In this document: positions 22,785 through 31,998 of the stretch, one piece after another
Layout of the letters: the number at the start of each line of letters is the position of its first letter
Position numbering within the stretch: position 1 is the first letter of the stretch
Origin: Phycisphaerales bacterium
GTDB taxonomy: Bacteria > Planctomycetota > Phycisphaerae > Phycisphaerales > UBA1924
Direction of reading: 5' to 3'
Assembly (NCBI GenBank): GCA_035549675.1
Contig: DASZQL010000159.1
Coordinates: forward strand, 1-34,357
Length of the DNA stretch: 34,357 nt
Notes under the pieces: model-generated
Databases searched by the model: none
Seen by the model: only the letters and a program-made list of their open reading frames with translations
Told to the model about the DNA's origin: nothing
Made by a program: the position numbers and the translations under genes

Positions 22785-23806
22785 CAGTGGTACACCTCGC
22801 GGTAGCGGAGCATTACGCGGTGCCCGATGACCGTCAGCACGAAGGTCATGACAAAGAGCGTCGCCGCGACGGCGTAACTGGAGAGATACTCGACGCCGTG
22901 CGCCGGGGCGTCGCCGAGGAAGATCTGCACCATGTAGCCGGTCATGGTCTGGACTTCATCGCGCGGGTCGAGCGTGAGCCGCGCGAGGCCTCCCGCGGCG
23001 AGGGCGACGATCATCGTCTCCCCCACCGCTCGCGCGATCGCGAGCAGATAGGCGGCGATGATCCCCGAGAGCGCCGCCGGCACGACCACCTTGGTCGAGA
23101 CGTCGAACCGCGTGCACCCGACGGCGTAGGCGCCCTCCCGCAGACTCCGCGGCACGGCGCGAAGCGAATCCTCCGCCAGCGAGCTGACGATCGGCAGGCA
23201 CATGATCCCCACCGCGATCCCGGCGCCCAGCGCGTTGTATGCGCTGATGGGCTTGGTGATCCACTCGTAGAGGTCTTCCGGAAGCCACGTGAGCGCCGGC
23301 GCGGCCCGCATCACGATGTTGTCGTGCAGCCACTGCAGGGCGGGCGTGATGGCGATCAGCGCGAAGTAGCCGTAGACGACCGTCGGGATGCCGGCGAGGA
23401 GCTCGAGCACGGGCTTGAGCACCGCGCGGAGCCTGGCCGGTGCGTACTCGCTGAGGTAGATCGCCGTCGCCAGACCGAAGGGGAGCGCCACCACCGCCGC
23501 GACGGCGGTCACGACCAGCGTGCCGCAGACCAGCGGCCAGATTCCAAAGTGCTTCTCCGCGCCGAGAAGGGGCGACCATTTGGTCCCGAAAAAGAAATCG
23601 GTGACGCTGGCTTCGGGCCGCTGGAAGAAAGCGACCGTCTCGACCAGGAGAACGGCAATGATCGAAACGGTGATGAGCGCCGCGAAGACGCCGCACACCC
23701 CGAGCACGACCATCACGCCCGTTTCCCGCGCGCGGAGCAGACCCCTCGACCGCCGTCGCGGTTTGGCAGGGACAGCGGCCGCGGTGGGTGCGGGGAGTGT
23801 GCTCAT
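22784..23806 (-). CDS. pstC: Phosphate ABC transporter permease PstC
   Basis: Multi-TM protein. Motif [26 protein letters not shown]. The stop overlaps the pstA start by 1 nt (TGATG). Confidence 0.9.
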   Translation of the reverse strand: MSTLPAPTAAAVPAKPRRRSRGLLRARETGVMVVLGVCGVFAALITVSIIAVLLVETVAFFQRPEASVTDFFFGTKWSPLLGAEKHFGIWPLVCGTLVVTAVAAVVALPFGLATAIYLSEYAPARLRAVLKPVLELLAGIPTVVYGYFALIAITPALQWLHDNIVMRAAPALTWLPEDLYEWITKPISAYNALGAGIAVGIMCLPIVSSLAEDSLRAVPRSLREGAYAVGCTRFDVSTKVVVPAALSGIIAAYLLAIARAVGETMIVALAAGGLARLTLDPRDEVQTMTGYMVQIFLGDAPAHGVEYLSSYAVAATLFVMTFVLTVIGHRVMLRYREVYH

Positions 23807-23885
23807 GTGACGGGCCTGGTCACCGGAAACGGTCGGAACGGTGGCGGGGAGAGAACGCGGAGAAGACCGCAGGGACCATTCCGGA

Positions 23886-24902
23886 TCAGTGCGCGTAGAT
23901 CGTCGAAAGCGGGCCGGAGACCTTCTCGCCCTTGTCGTTCAGGAACTTCGTCCCCGTCTTGCGGTCGCGGAAGATGCCCTTGGCGGTCTCGTACATCGCG
24001 CTGGGAAGCTTCACGTAGCCCGCGCCTTCGACGAGTTCATCCGCCTGATCGAGGTAGAAGTCCACGAAGGCCTTCACTTCGGGGCGATCCGCGGCCTTGC
24101 GGTTCACATAGATGAAGAGCGGGCGGCTGAAGGGGGCGTAGGTGCCGTGCTCGATCGTTTCGTGAGTCGGAGCGACCGCGCCCTTGCCCGCGTCCACCGA
24201 CACCGCCTTCAGTTTGTCCTTGTTGGCGAAGTAGTACGCGCAGCCGAAGTAACCGATCGCGCCGGCATCGCCCTCGACGCCGCGCACGAGCACGTTGTCG
24301 TCCTCGGAGACGGACATATCGGAACGGATCGAGGCATCGGTGCCGTCCTTGCCCGCCTTATGCGCGACGATTTCCTTGAAGTAATCGAATGTTCCCGAGT
24401 CGGTGCCGGGAGAATAGACCTTGATGGGCTTGTCCGGGAATCCGGCGCGGACTTCGGACCATTTTTTGGCGCCGCCCTCGAGATAGACCTTGCGGATCTC
24501 ATCGATCGTCAGCGTGTCAACCCAGGTGTTGCCCTTGTTGACCACGATCGAGAGGCCGTCGTATGCGATCGGGAGCTCGATGTACTCGACGTGCTTCTCG
24601 ACCGCCTTTTCGTGCTCTTCCTTCTTGATCGGGCGCGAGGCGTCGGAGATGTCGATGTCGCCGACGCAGAACTTCTGGAAGCCGCCGCCCGTGCCCGACG
24701 TGCCCACGGTCACGTTCACATTCGGGGCCGCAGCCTTGAACTCCTCTGCCACGGCGGAGGTGATCGGCTCGACCGTGGACGACCCGTCGCACTTCACCGA
24801 GCCGGTCAGCCGCTCGTTGGGCCCCGCGAGGCTGAACGCCGCGACCGCGCTGATGGCGCCCACGACGACGAGCGAACGGGCCAGTTTCCAGGAGGAGTTC
24901 AT
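23886..24902 (-). CDS. pstS: Phosphate-binding periplasmic protein PstS family
   Basis: Signal peptide MNSSWKLARSLVVVGAISAVAAFSLAG. PBP motifs DGSSTVEP, GTSGTGGGF, SDASRPIK, SPGTDSGTFDYF. First gene of the pstSCAB-phoU string. Confidence 0.9.
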   Translation of the reverse strand: MNSSWKLARSLVVVGAISAVAAFSLAGPNERLTGSVKCDGSSTVEPITSAVAEEFKAAAPNVNVTVGTSGTGGGFQKFCVGDIDISDASRPIKKEEHEKAVEKHVEYIELPIAYDGLSIVVNKGNTWVDTLTIDEIRKVYLEGGAKKWSEVRAGFPDKPIKVYSPGTDSGTFDYFKEIVAHKAGKDGTDASIRSDMSVSEDDNVLVRGVEGDAGAIGYFGCAYYFANKDKLKAVSVDAGKGAVAPTHETIEHGTYAPFSRPLFIYVNRKAADRPEVKAFVDFYLDQADELVEGAGYVKLPSAMYETAKGIFRDRKTGTKFLNDKGEKVSGPLSTIYAH

Positions 24903-25078
24903 GCCGACGATTCCTTTCGGTTGGTGAAGTCCAAGAGGGATTCAGATCGCGCCCGGCGGGTAGTAGACAAACCGATTGTTTGGATTGCGCTAAGACTGTG
25001 TTGGCACTTGGCAAGGCCGCCGACGGGCGACGCCGCCGTCGGAAGCGGTGATTCGGCCGCTTCCGCGGCAGTTTCCTC

Positions 25079-25106
25079 TTGACCGGCAACGACTTACAGC
25101 TACATT
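25079..25106 (+). promoter_or_regulatory. Candidate sigma70-type promoter for the PEP-CTERM protein gene
   Basis: TTGACC (25079-25084), 16 nt, TACATT (25101-25106). SD GGAGGAG at 25118-25124, ATG at 25134. Motif match only. Confidence 0.3.
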
Positions 25107-25133
25107 CGGGGCTCACCGGAGGAGAGTATTCCA

Positions 25134-25736
25134 ATGCGTTCAGTATTTGTTCTTGCCGTCGGTTTCGTCGCCGCGCCGGGTTTTGCCTCGCTCATCAATG
25201 GCGACTTCGAGGCCGGGAACACCGGCTTCACCAGCCAGTACCAATACGTCACGGTCAGCGTTCCGCCGAACGAGGGCCAATACGGCGTCACGCATTCGTC
25301 GCTCGAATGGTCCAACTTCTGGAACACGGTGAACAACGATCACACGACCGGGTCGGGCCAGTTCCTCATCGTCGATACGGTCGCGGATCTCACGATGTGG
25401 TCCGAGACCGTCGATGTGGCGCCGAACACGGCGTACACCTTCGGCGCCTGGCTCGCCACCTGGACCCTCGGGTTCCAGCCCGCCCAGGTCGCTCTGGAGA
25501 TCGACGGCCAGCTCATCACCACTTGGACCGGCCCCGCGCCGACGGCATGGACCCAGTACTCCGCCGCGTGGACCAGCGGGGCGGCTTCCACCGCGACCAT
25601 CCGGCTCTATTCTCCCGTGCACATCCAGCCCGGCGGCGACATCGCCATCGACGATATCACGCTCACCGCGGTGCCCGCCCCCGGCGCGTTGGCCCTCGCG
25701 GTTTTCGCCCCGCTCGTGGGCCGCCGCCGCCGATAA
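25134..25736 (+). CDS. Secreted jelly-roll/CBM-like protein with C-terminal PEP-CTERM sorting signal
   Basis: Signal peptide MRSVFVLAVGFVAAPGFA. NGDFEAGNTGF opening typical of CBM4/9-like or DUF642-like beta-sandwiches. C-terminus VPAPGALALAVFAPLVGRRRR is a PEP-like motif, a TM helix and an Arg cluster. Confidence 0.75.
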   Translation: MRSVFVLAVGFVAAPGFASLINGDFEAGNTGFTSQYQYVTVSVPPNEGQYGVTHSSLEWSNFWNTVNNDHTTGSGQFLIVDTVADLTMWSETVDVAPNTAYTFGAWLATWTLGFQPAQVALEIDGQLITTWTGPAPTAWTQYSAAWTSGAASTATIRLYSPVHIQPGGDIAIDDITLTAVPAPGALALAVFAPLVGRRRR

Positions 25737-25760
25737 ATCGCGCGTCGGACCTCTGGCAAG

Positions 25761-27224
25761 TCACTCCGCCGCCGGCACAATCAGTTGGAACGTGCTCCCG
25801 CGCCCGACGGTGCTATCCACTTCGATCCGACCCCGGTGCAGGTTCGCGATGTGCTTGACGATCGCGAGACCCAGGCCCGTCCCGCCGGCCTCGCGGCTCC
25901 GTGCTTTATCCACCCGGTAGAACCGCTCGAAGACCCGCGACAAGTGCTGCGGCGGGATGCCCGGCCCGTTGTCCGCCACCGAAATGACGACCTCCGGACT
26001 TCCGTCTTCGCCGCGCGCGGACTCGGCGGATACACGAACCACGGATCCTTCCGGGCTGTACCGGATCGCGTTCGAAAGCAGATTCGAAATCGCCTGCTCG
26101 ATGAGCGGGCCGTTGATCAGTGCGGCGGGGAGATCAGGCACCGAGACTTCAAGCTGGATCTGCCGGGCGATCGCCGCGGCCTCGTGCTGCATGCACGCCG
26201 CCTCGACGACGGGCCAGACCGGAGTCGGCTGGGTCTCCAGCGCCTCGCCGTCCTCCGGGTGCTCAAGCTTGGTCAGCATGAGCATGTCGTCGATGATCGC
26301 GCCCAAGCGTTCCGCATTGCGATGCACGACAGACAGGAACTCGCGCACCTGCGCTGGGTCTGAAGGTTCGGTCTCCAGCAGCGTCTCGACGTACCCCTTG
26401 ATGTTCGTGATCGGCGTGCGGAGCTCGTGGGAGACGTTCGCGGCGAAATCGGTCCGCACCGACTCGAGGCGCCGGAGCTGGGTCACGTCGTCGAGCACGA
26501 TCACGGTGCCGACGCGCTCCCCCTCGGCGTCGCGCAGCGGGCCGCTTGTCGCGTGCACCCGCCGCGGCCGAACGCCGATCAGGTCGAACTCGTCCGGCGC
26601 GCCGCGCACATCTTCCGTCGCCGCCGCGACAAAGGCGTTGAGGTCCGGTTGGCGCGCCACCTCCTGCAAAAGCCGCCCGCGCGCCGTGCGACCGGCCAGA
26701 TCGAGCATGTCCTCCGCGGCACGGTTCAAACTCAAGATCCGATGCTGCAGATCGAGCGCGATCACGCCGCCGTCGATGGACTGCAGGATCGCCTGCTGCT
26801 CGTTGCGCTGGGTCCGCAGCTGCGCGATCTGGTCGCTCAGCCGGTCCGACACGTGATTCAACGACTCGGCCAGTGAGGCCAACTCCTCGTTCGACGGCGG
26901 GATGATGCGGTTTTCGAGCTCGCCCGAGGCTAGCCGTGCTGCCCCCTCGCTGATCCGCATGATGTCCCGCCGAAACTTGGATAGCCCCAGCACGGCCACG
27001 ACCGCGACCACCCCGATTCCCGCCGCTCCAGCGATGAACAGCGATGGCAGCCGGTCGTCCCGCACGTCCCGCGGCAGGACCGCGAACACATACCACCACC
27101 AGCCGATCGAGACCGCGACCTGCACCGCGAGCAGTGCGAGCCCGAACTTCCAGACCAGTGATCGTTGTCGCCGGTGAGGCATGTCGCATCCCGATCCCCG
27201 CCGCGGGGGCGATCGAGAATACAT
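25761..27224 (-). CDS. phoR: Phosphate regulon sensor histidine kinase (PhoR-like)
   Basis: Two TM helices, HAMP-like linker and PAS-like segment. H-box SHELRTPIT, N-box LLSNAIRYS, G1 DNGPGI, G2 GGTGLGLAI. Start uncertain: ATG 27224 or ATG 27182 (MPHRRQRS...). Abuts the phoB stop. Confidence 0.85.
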   Translation of the reverse strand: MYSRSPPRRGSGCDMPHRRQRSLVWKFGLALLAVQVAVSIGWWWYVFAVLPRDVRDDRLPSLFIAGAAGIGVVAVVAVLGLSKFRRDIMRISEGAARLASGELENRIIPPSNEELASLAESLNHVSDRLSDQIAQLRTQRNEQQAILQSIDGGVIALDLQHRILSLNRAAEDMLDLAGRTARGRLLQEVARQPDLNAFVAAATEDVRGAPDEFDLIGVRPRRVHATSGPLRDAEGERVGTVIVLDDVTQLRRLESVRTDFAANVSHELRTPITNIKGYVETLLETEPSDPAQVREFLSVVHRNAERLGAIIDDMLMLTKLEHPEDGEALETQPTPVWPVVEAACMQHEAAAIARQIQLEVSVPDLPAALINGPLIEQAISNLLSNAIRYSPEGSVVRVSAESARGEDGSPEVVISVADNGPGIPPQHLSRVFERFYRVDKARSREAGGTGLGLAIVKHIANLHRGRIEVDSTVGRGSTFQLIVPAAE

Positions 27225-27226
27225 CC

Positions 27227-27994
27227 TCAACCTTCCGTCGCTGGCCGGTCGTCGGAAACGCGATACCCCACGCCGCGGACCGTCTCGATCACCTCGCCAT
27301 AAGACCCCAGGCGCTGCCGGAGCGCCGCGACGTGGACGTCGATCGCACGGCTCGAGAGCACGGTCCCATCGCCGCGGACGGCGCTGACGATCTGGTCCCG
27401 GGTCCGGACGAAGCCGGGCCGCACCGCGAGGAAATGGAGCAGGTTGTACTGCGTGAGCGTGAGGTCCAGCGCCTTGCCGTCCACGGTGACGATGTGCCGA
27501 GCGTGGTCGATCGCGATGGCACCCCCGGAAAGGGTGAGCGTCGAACCCGCCGCGACCTCGCGCCTGCGGAGCACCGCCTTCGCCCTCGCCACAAGCACGC
27601 GCGGGCTGAAGGGCTTGGTGACGTAGTCCTCCGCCCCCAGTTCAAGGCCCACGACAATGTCCGATTCTTCTCCCCGCGCCGAGACCATGAGAATCGGGAT
27701 CGTTCCGGTCGCTGGATCGCGCTTGAGTTTGCGGCAGACATCGAGCCCATCTAAATCGGGCAGCATGATGTCCAGAACGATGAGATCGGGCTTCGCCTGC
27801 TCGACCATCTTCAAGGCTGCGCGCCCGGTGGTGGCGATCTGAGCTTGGAATCCCTCGCGCGTCAGGTGGAACTGAATAAGCGACGCGATATCCGGCTCGT
27901 CCTCTACAATCAGGACGTGCCGTCGGGTGGATGACAGATTCCGCGTCTGCGTGGGCGACAGAGCCGTCATGAGCGACAGTTTAATTCCTCTCAT
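27227..27994 (-). CDS. phoB: OmpR-family response regulator (PhoB-like)
   Basis: Receiver VLIVEDEPD...LIVLDIMLPDLDG...KPF. Winged helix LTLTQYNLLHFL...VDVHVAALRQRL...IETVRGVGYR. Start ATG 27994 or 27970. Confidence 0.85.
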   Translation of the reverse strand: MRGIKLSLMTALSPTQTRNLSSTRRHVLIVEDEPDIASLIQFHLTREGFQAQIATTGRAALKMVEQAKPDLIVLDIMLPDLDGLDVCRKLKRDPATGTIPILMVSARGEESDIVVGLELGAEDYVTKPFSPRVLVARAKAVLRRREVAAGSTLTLSGGAIAIDHARHIVTVDGKALDLTLTQYNLLHFLAVRPGFVRTRDQIVSAVRGDGTVLSSRAIDVHVAALRQRLGSYGEVIETVRGVGYRVSDDRPATEG

Positions 27995-28084
27995 GCTCAA
28001 ATTGGGGCCCTTGACAAAATCTTCAAGAAACGTCGCCTTGCACCCGTTTCCTGCACATCCCAGCCGTATCTGAACCGTGCCGAT

Positions 28085-29107
28085 ATGGTTTCAACCGTGC
28101 GCGACCCGTTCGTTGTCATCCTGAGTCCCTACGACCTCAGCCGCCAAACCTCCGCTGCGATGAGCGCGCTGTTGCTCGCCGACCAGGTCGTGACGTTCCT
28201 TCCACTCCCCGCCGGCGGGGCCGCCGCGTCCGATATCTCGGCGGCGTTCAATCATTCGCCGCGCTACGAACGATTCATGGATTCCTGGCGTTGGACGCGA
28301 CCACTCTGGCGCGAGGCCAACATCGTCGCCGCGGCGCACGGCGACCTGGACCCGCTCGACGATATCCACGATGTGGCGATGACCGTGCAAGCCCGACCCG
28401 AGCTCGTGCCTCTTCTGCCTCTGCTCAATGAATCACTCTTCGCCGACGACGCGACCTATCTCGATACCGTTTCGCGCGACCTTCTTGGGGGGATGGACCC
28501 GGGGATCTACCTGCCGCTCAGCGCGGGCCTCGAGCGCTTCGCGTCGCGGGCCTCGCTCCCGCTCCTCCGCACACTCAACGGCGGCGCCGCCGACCGCGGC
28601 TGCCGGTCACTCACGCGCGTCGCGGCACGGATCGAAGTGCCGATATTGCTCGACGCATCGGGTGAGTTGATCCTCCATGCGCGCCGCGCGTTGCACAATC
28701 CGCTCAACGAGCTGCTCGCGGCGCTATCGCACGAATGCCACGTCATCCACGATGTGACGCACGGCGTCGACGATTCGCTGCCCCGAGCCGCCTCTGCGTA
28801 CACAGCGGCATTCACCGAATCCGTAGGCGACTCGAGCCTCATCGACGACGAGGCCGGCCGCCGTGCGCGGCCCGCTCTGATTTCCCTGGCCGTCGGCGCC
28901 ATGCCCTCCGACGCCACTCTCCGCTCCGCCGCCGCGGCGCTGGGCGCGACCGGAAAGCATGCGGCGCCGAAGCCCGGGGGCACAATCGTCGCGGCGCCGC
29001 CCGCGCTCGGACCTCTGGTCGTCCTCGACATCAAGGAGCTGCCATGGGACTTTGGTTCGCCGCCCGGGCCAGACGATCGCGGATCGCATCCCACACGCCG
29101 CCGGTAA
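28085..29107 (+). CDS. Hypothetical protein (no recognisable family)
   Basis: 340-aa ORF with strong GC3 bias in this frame. Divergent from phoB. The last 77 nt overlap the convergent sua5 3' end. Confidence 0.55.
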   Translation: MVSTVRDPFVVILSPYDLSRQTSAAMSALLLADQVVTFLPLPAGGAAASDISAAFNHSPRYERFMDSWRWTRPLWREANIVAAAHGDLDPLDDIHDVAMTVQARPELVPLLPLLNESLFADDATYLDTVSRDLLGGMDPGIYLPLSAGLERFASRASLPLLRTLNGGAADRGCRSLTRVAARIEVPILLDASGELILHARRALHNPLNELLAALSHECHVIHDVTHGVDDSLPRAASAYTAAFTESVGDSSLIDDEAGRRARPALISLAVGAMPSDATLRSAAAALGATGKHAAPKPGGTIVAAPPALGPLVVLDIKELPWDFGSPPGPDDRGSHPTRRR

Positions 29108-30029
29108 ACGCCGGGCGCTCGACCGCAATCAGTTCCTTGCGCATCGCGTCCGCCTCGTGCAGCGCCGCATAGAGCCGCGCCGCGTATGCCTCGGCATCAC
29201 GCGGCATCCGCACGACAACCGAGGGCAGCGCCAACGACAGGCCTTCGCCGATCGCTAAAACCGCAATGCCGCCCTTCATCGCCCGCGCCCGCGCGGCAAT
29301 CTGTTCCCATTCCGCACCGTCAAACAGCACCATCCTCGTTCGGGGCGAGTAGTGCATCGGCAACATCCCCGGACTCGGAAGCGCCTCATTGTTCATTTGT
29401 GCGGATCCGCCGGGTGAAACCGTGGCGCCGATCCGCTCCGCCGTGAGCACCCCCATCCGCAGCACCCGCGGCCGCTCGGCATCAGCGCCGACCAGCGACA
29501 CAACCGTCGATTCGATCCCGCGCCGAGACGGCCCGCCATCGAGCACCATCACTTCTTCATCCGCGAACGCCGCGCGCACGTGCGCCGCAGTCGTCGGGCT
29601 GATGCGCCCCGACGGGTTCGCGCTCGGCCCGACAATCGGCCCACCGAACTCGCGGATCAACGCCAGCGCCACCGGATGATCCGGGCACCGCACGCCCACC
29701 GTTGCCCCCCCCGCTGTCACGACGTCGGGAACATCCGCCGCCTTCGGCAGGACCATCGTCAGCGGCCCAGGCCAGCAGCTCGCCGCAAGTTCACCTGCCT
29801 TCGCGGGCCACACCGACGCAACACGCTTCGCCATCGCAACATCGGCGACATGGACGATCAATGGGTTGTTCGACGGCCGTCCCTTGAGCGCGAAGACGCG
29901 CCGAACCGCATCCGCGTTCAGTGCGTCGGCCCCGAGTCCGTAGACCGTTTCCGTTGGAAACGCGACCACACCGCCGGCGCGAAGCCGCTCCGCCGCCGCC
30001 CGGATGTGCGCTTCGGTCGCGCCGTTCAT
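29031..30029 (-). CDS. sua5: L-threonylcarbamoyladenylate synthase (Sua5/YwlC/TsaC2 type, with Sua5 C-terminal domain)
   Basis: YrdC-fold motifs VAFPTETVYGLGADA, KGRPSNNPLIVHV, WPGPLTMVL, GPSANPSG. ~120-aa C-terminal Sua5-type domain. Confidence 0.9.
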   Translation of the reverse strand: MNGATEAHIRAAAERLRAGGVVAFPTETVYGLGADALNADAVRRVFALKGRPSNNPLIVHVADVAMAKRVASVWPAKAGELAASCWPGPLTMVLPKAADVPDVVTAGGATVGVRCPDHPVALALIREFGGPIVGPSANPSGRISPTTAAHVRAAFADEEVMVLDGGPSRRGIESTVVSLVGADAERPRVLRMGVLTAERIGATVSPGGSAQMNNEALPSPGMLPMHYSPRTRMVLFDGAEWEQIAARARAMKGGIAVLAIGEGLSLALPSVVVRMPRDAEAYAARLYAALHEADAMRKELIAVERPAFTGGVWDAIRDRLARAANQSPMAAP

Positions 30030-30080
30030 GCCAGCACGATATCCGCGGAAACCCGCGGTCGGAAGCGAATAGGGAACAGA

Positions 30081-31874
30081 TCAGCGCGTCCCGGTCTTGA
30101 TCGCCTCGGGCGCATCGGGCACGTCGAAGACGATGGCGTTCCGCTCCAGCGCATCGCCCCGCGCCGCCGCGAGCTGCGAGAGCGCGATGTTGTATCCCGT
30201 GATCGCGAACATCTCCTCGAGTTCCGCCTGCGCGAGCTGCTCCTGGCGCTGGAACTTGAGGTTCAGGAAGTCGGGCGTCAGAGACTGGATCGTCCGCTCG
30301 AGCACCTGCAGCGTGCGGAGGTTCTCGACCGCCGCGAGCCGCGACGAGCGGAGCTGCTCGATGAGCTGGTACTGAGTCTGCACCTCGCGGAGCGCTTCCT
30401 TCACCTGGAGCACCACCTGCTGGACGGACGTGCGGTATCCGATCGTCGCCTGCATCCGCTCGAGCTGGGTCCGACGGTACGCCGCCTCCGCCGCGCGGTT
30501 CCCGATGGGTACTTCGTAATCGACGCGCGCCAGCATGTTGACGAACTGCCCCTCGGTGATGTCCTCGTACGCGTCCCCCACCCCACTCGCGAGCCCCTGG
30601 AAGCGGGACTGCAACGCCAGATTCAGCAGCGGCAGCCGCGCATTGTCCGCCACCGTCTGCCGGATCGACGCATCGTCGATGAGAAGCAGCGCCTGCTTGA
30701 CCTCCGGCCGCTTGTCGATCGCCGCGGTGAGCGAATCGAGCAGGCTGTAGCTGATCGGCTGGTCGAGCGCTTCGTCGGCGGGCATCAGCATTGTCTCGTC
30801 GCCGACCGTGATTTCGGGATCATTGATGAGCGCCTTGAGCTCGTCCGACGACACCCGCAGCTCGTTCACCGCGCGGATCACCGCCGAGCGGCGACGTTCG
30901 ACCGTCGCCACGGCGTCCGAAATCTCGGCCGGGCGAGCATCGAAGCCTTCGCGGGCCTTGACGATCTGCCGCGTTTCGATGCCGCGGTTGAGGTTCTGCT
31001 GTGCAATCTGCACGCTCGCCCTGGCGCGCACGAGCCGCCAGTACGCCTGCTCGGTCCGGTTCACGACGTCGATCACCGTCGCCTTGACCTGGTACACGCT
31101 CCGCCGCTCGGCGTTCTCGTTCAGGCGAACTTCCGCCAGCGCCACATCGGACCCGAAGCCGCGGAGCAGCGGCTGGTCCAGCCGCAGTTGCAGGAACGCG
31201 GCGTTCGATGGATCGGGATTGATGGCAACGCCGGGAGTCTTGTCGTCGTTGTACGTCTGGCCCTGCGAGATACTGAAGAGACCACCTGACGTCATCTGCT
31301 TCCGGATGCCGGTGGAGTACGCGACCGACTGGTTCACGCGCGCGGGGGTTCCGATCGGGATCCCGCCGATGACCGTCTGCGTCTGCGGCTGATCGATGCT
31401 GTCCCACTCGACGCCGCCGAAGAACACCCAGTCGAACGCCGCCTCGGCCTCGACGACCCGTGCCTGGTCGATCGCCGGCAGCAGCCGCGCCCCCTGCACA
31501 TCGAGGTTCTGCTGGACCGCGCCGAGGATCGCGCGCCGGATCGAGATCGAGACCGTCCGCGTCTCCTGGCCCAGCAGGTCCGCGCCGATCGGCGGCGCGA
31601 TCTTCGAGTACGCCACCGGCCCGCCCATCTCGTCGAGCTCTTTGATCCGCTCTGGAGGGAAACTCACCTCGCCGGTGGGCCGCGTCAGCTCCAGCCGGTC
31701 GGCCTTCGCCTCCGCCTGCCTCGTCTCCGCTCGCGCGGCGTCCACCACCGACTGACGAAGTGTGTCAGCCGAGGAGCGGGCCATCGGGTTTTCACACCCG
31801 CAGAAGAGCGCCAGACCCGCCAGGGCGACCACCACACCCGCCCTGATCGGGTACGATTCCAGTGTCCGGTGCAT
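30081..31874 (-). CDS. TolC-family outer membrane efflux protein
   Basis: ATG 31874 gives MHRTLESYPIRAGVVVALAGLALFCGC, a signal peptide and possibly a lipoprotein signal. Two OEP-type repeats with long helical segments (AQQNLNRGIETRQIVKAR..., LQVKEALREVQTQYQLIEQLR...). Confidence 0.75.
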   Translation of the reverse strand: MHRTLESYPIRAGVVVALAGLALFCGCENPMARSSADTLRQSVVDAARAETRQAEAKADRLELTRPTGEVSFPPERIKELDEMGGPVAYSKIAPPIGADLLGQETRTVSISIRRAILGAVQQNLDVQGARLLPAIDQARVVEAEAAFDWVFFGGVEWDSIDQPQTQTVIGGIPIGTPARVNQSVAYSTGIRKQMTSGGLFSISQGQTYNDDKTPGVAINPDPSNAAFLQLRLDQPLLRGFGSDVALAEVRLNENAERRSVYQVKATVIDVVNRTEQAYWRLVRARASVQIAQQNLNRGIETRQIVKAREGFDARPAEISDAVATVERRRSAVIRAVNELRVSSDELKALINDPEITVGDETMLMPADEALDQPISYSLLDSLTAAIDKRPEVKQALLLIDDASIRQTVADNARLPLLNLALQSRFQGLASGVGDAYEDITEGQFVNMLARVDYEVPIGNRAAEAAYRRTQLERMQATIGYRTSVQQVVLQVKEALREVQTQYQLIEQLRSSRLAAVENLRTLQVLERTIQSLTPDFLNLKFQRQEQLAQAELEEMFAITGYNIALSQLAAARGDALERNAIVFDVPDAPEAIKTGTR

Positions 31875-31918
31875 TCGGGCCGAAGTATGGCGTCGCCGCG
31901 TGCTCTGGTCAATGCGCC

Positions 31919-31950
31919 GAACCGCTCCCGTTCGCACAGCGGAGCGGTTC
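31919..31950. other. 10-bp perfect inverted repeat in the TolC-like / SH3b divergent intergenic region
   Basis: GAACCGCTCC-(12 nt)-GGAGCGGTTC. Confidence 0.4.
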
Positions 31951-31998
31951 AACTCGTTGGATCACCATCCCCCACGCCGTCCTATTGGAGCAGCACAG

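Noticed and set aside
24903-25078. Pho box upstream of pstS
   Set aside because: I looked for two 7-nt direct repeats at 11-nt spacing (CTGTCAT-like or TTAACA-like). I found only weak candidates (GATTGTTTG GATTGCGCT; ACAGTCTTA). That is not enough to annotate.
22787-25082. 442-aa and 413-aa + strand ORFs (22787-24115, 23841-25082)
   Set aside because: Antisense to pstC and pstS, which have clear family motifs. Shadow-ORF composition.
29580-31289. 569-aa + strand ORF
   Set aside because: Antisense to sua5 and the TolC-like gene. Arg/Pro/Asp-rich with no motifs.
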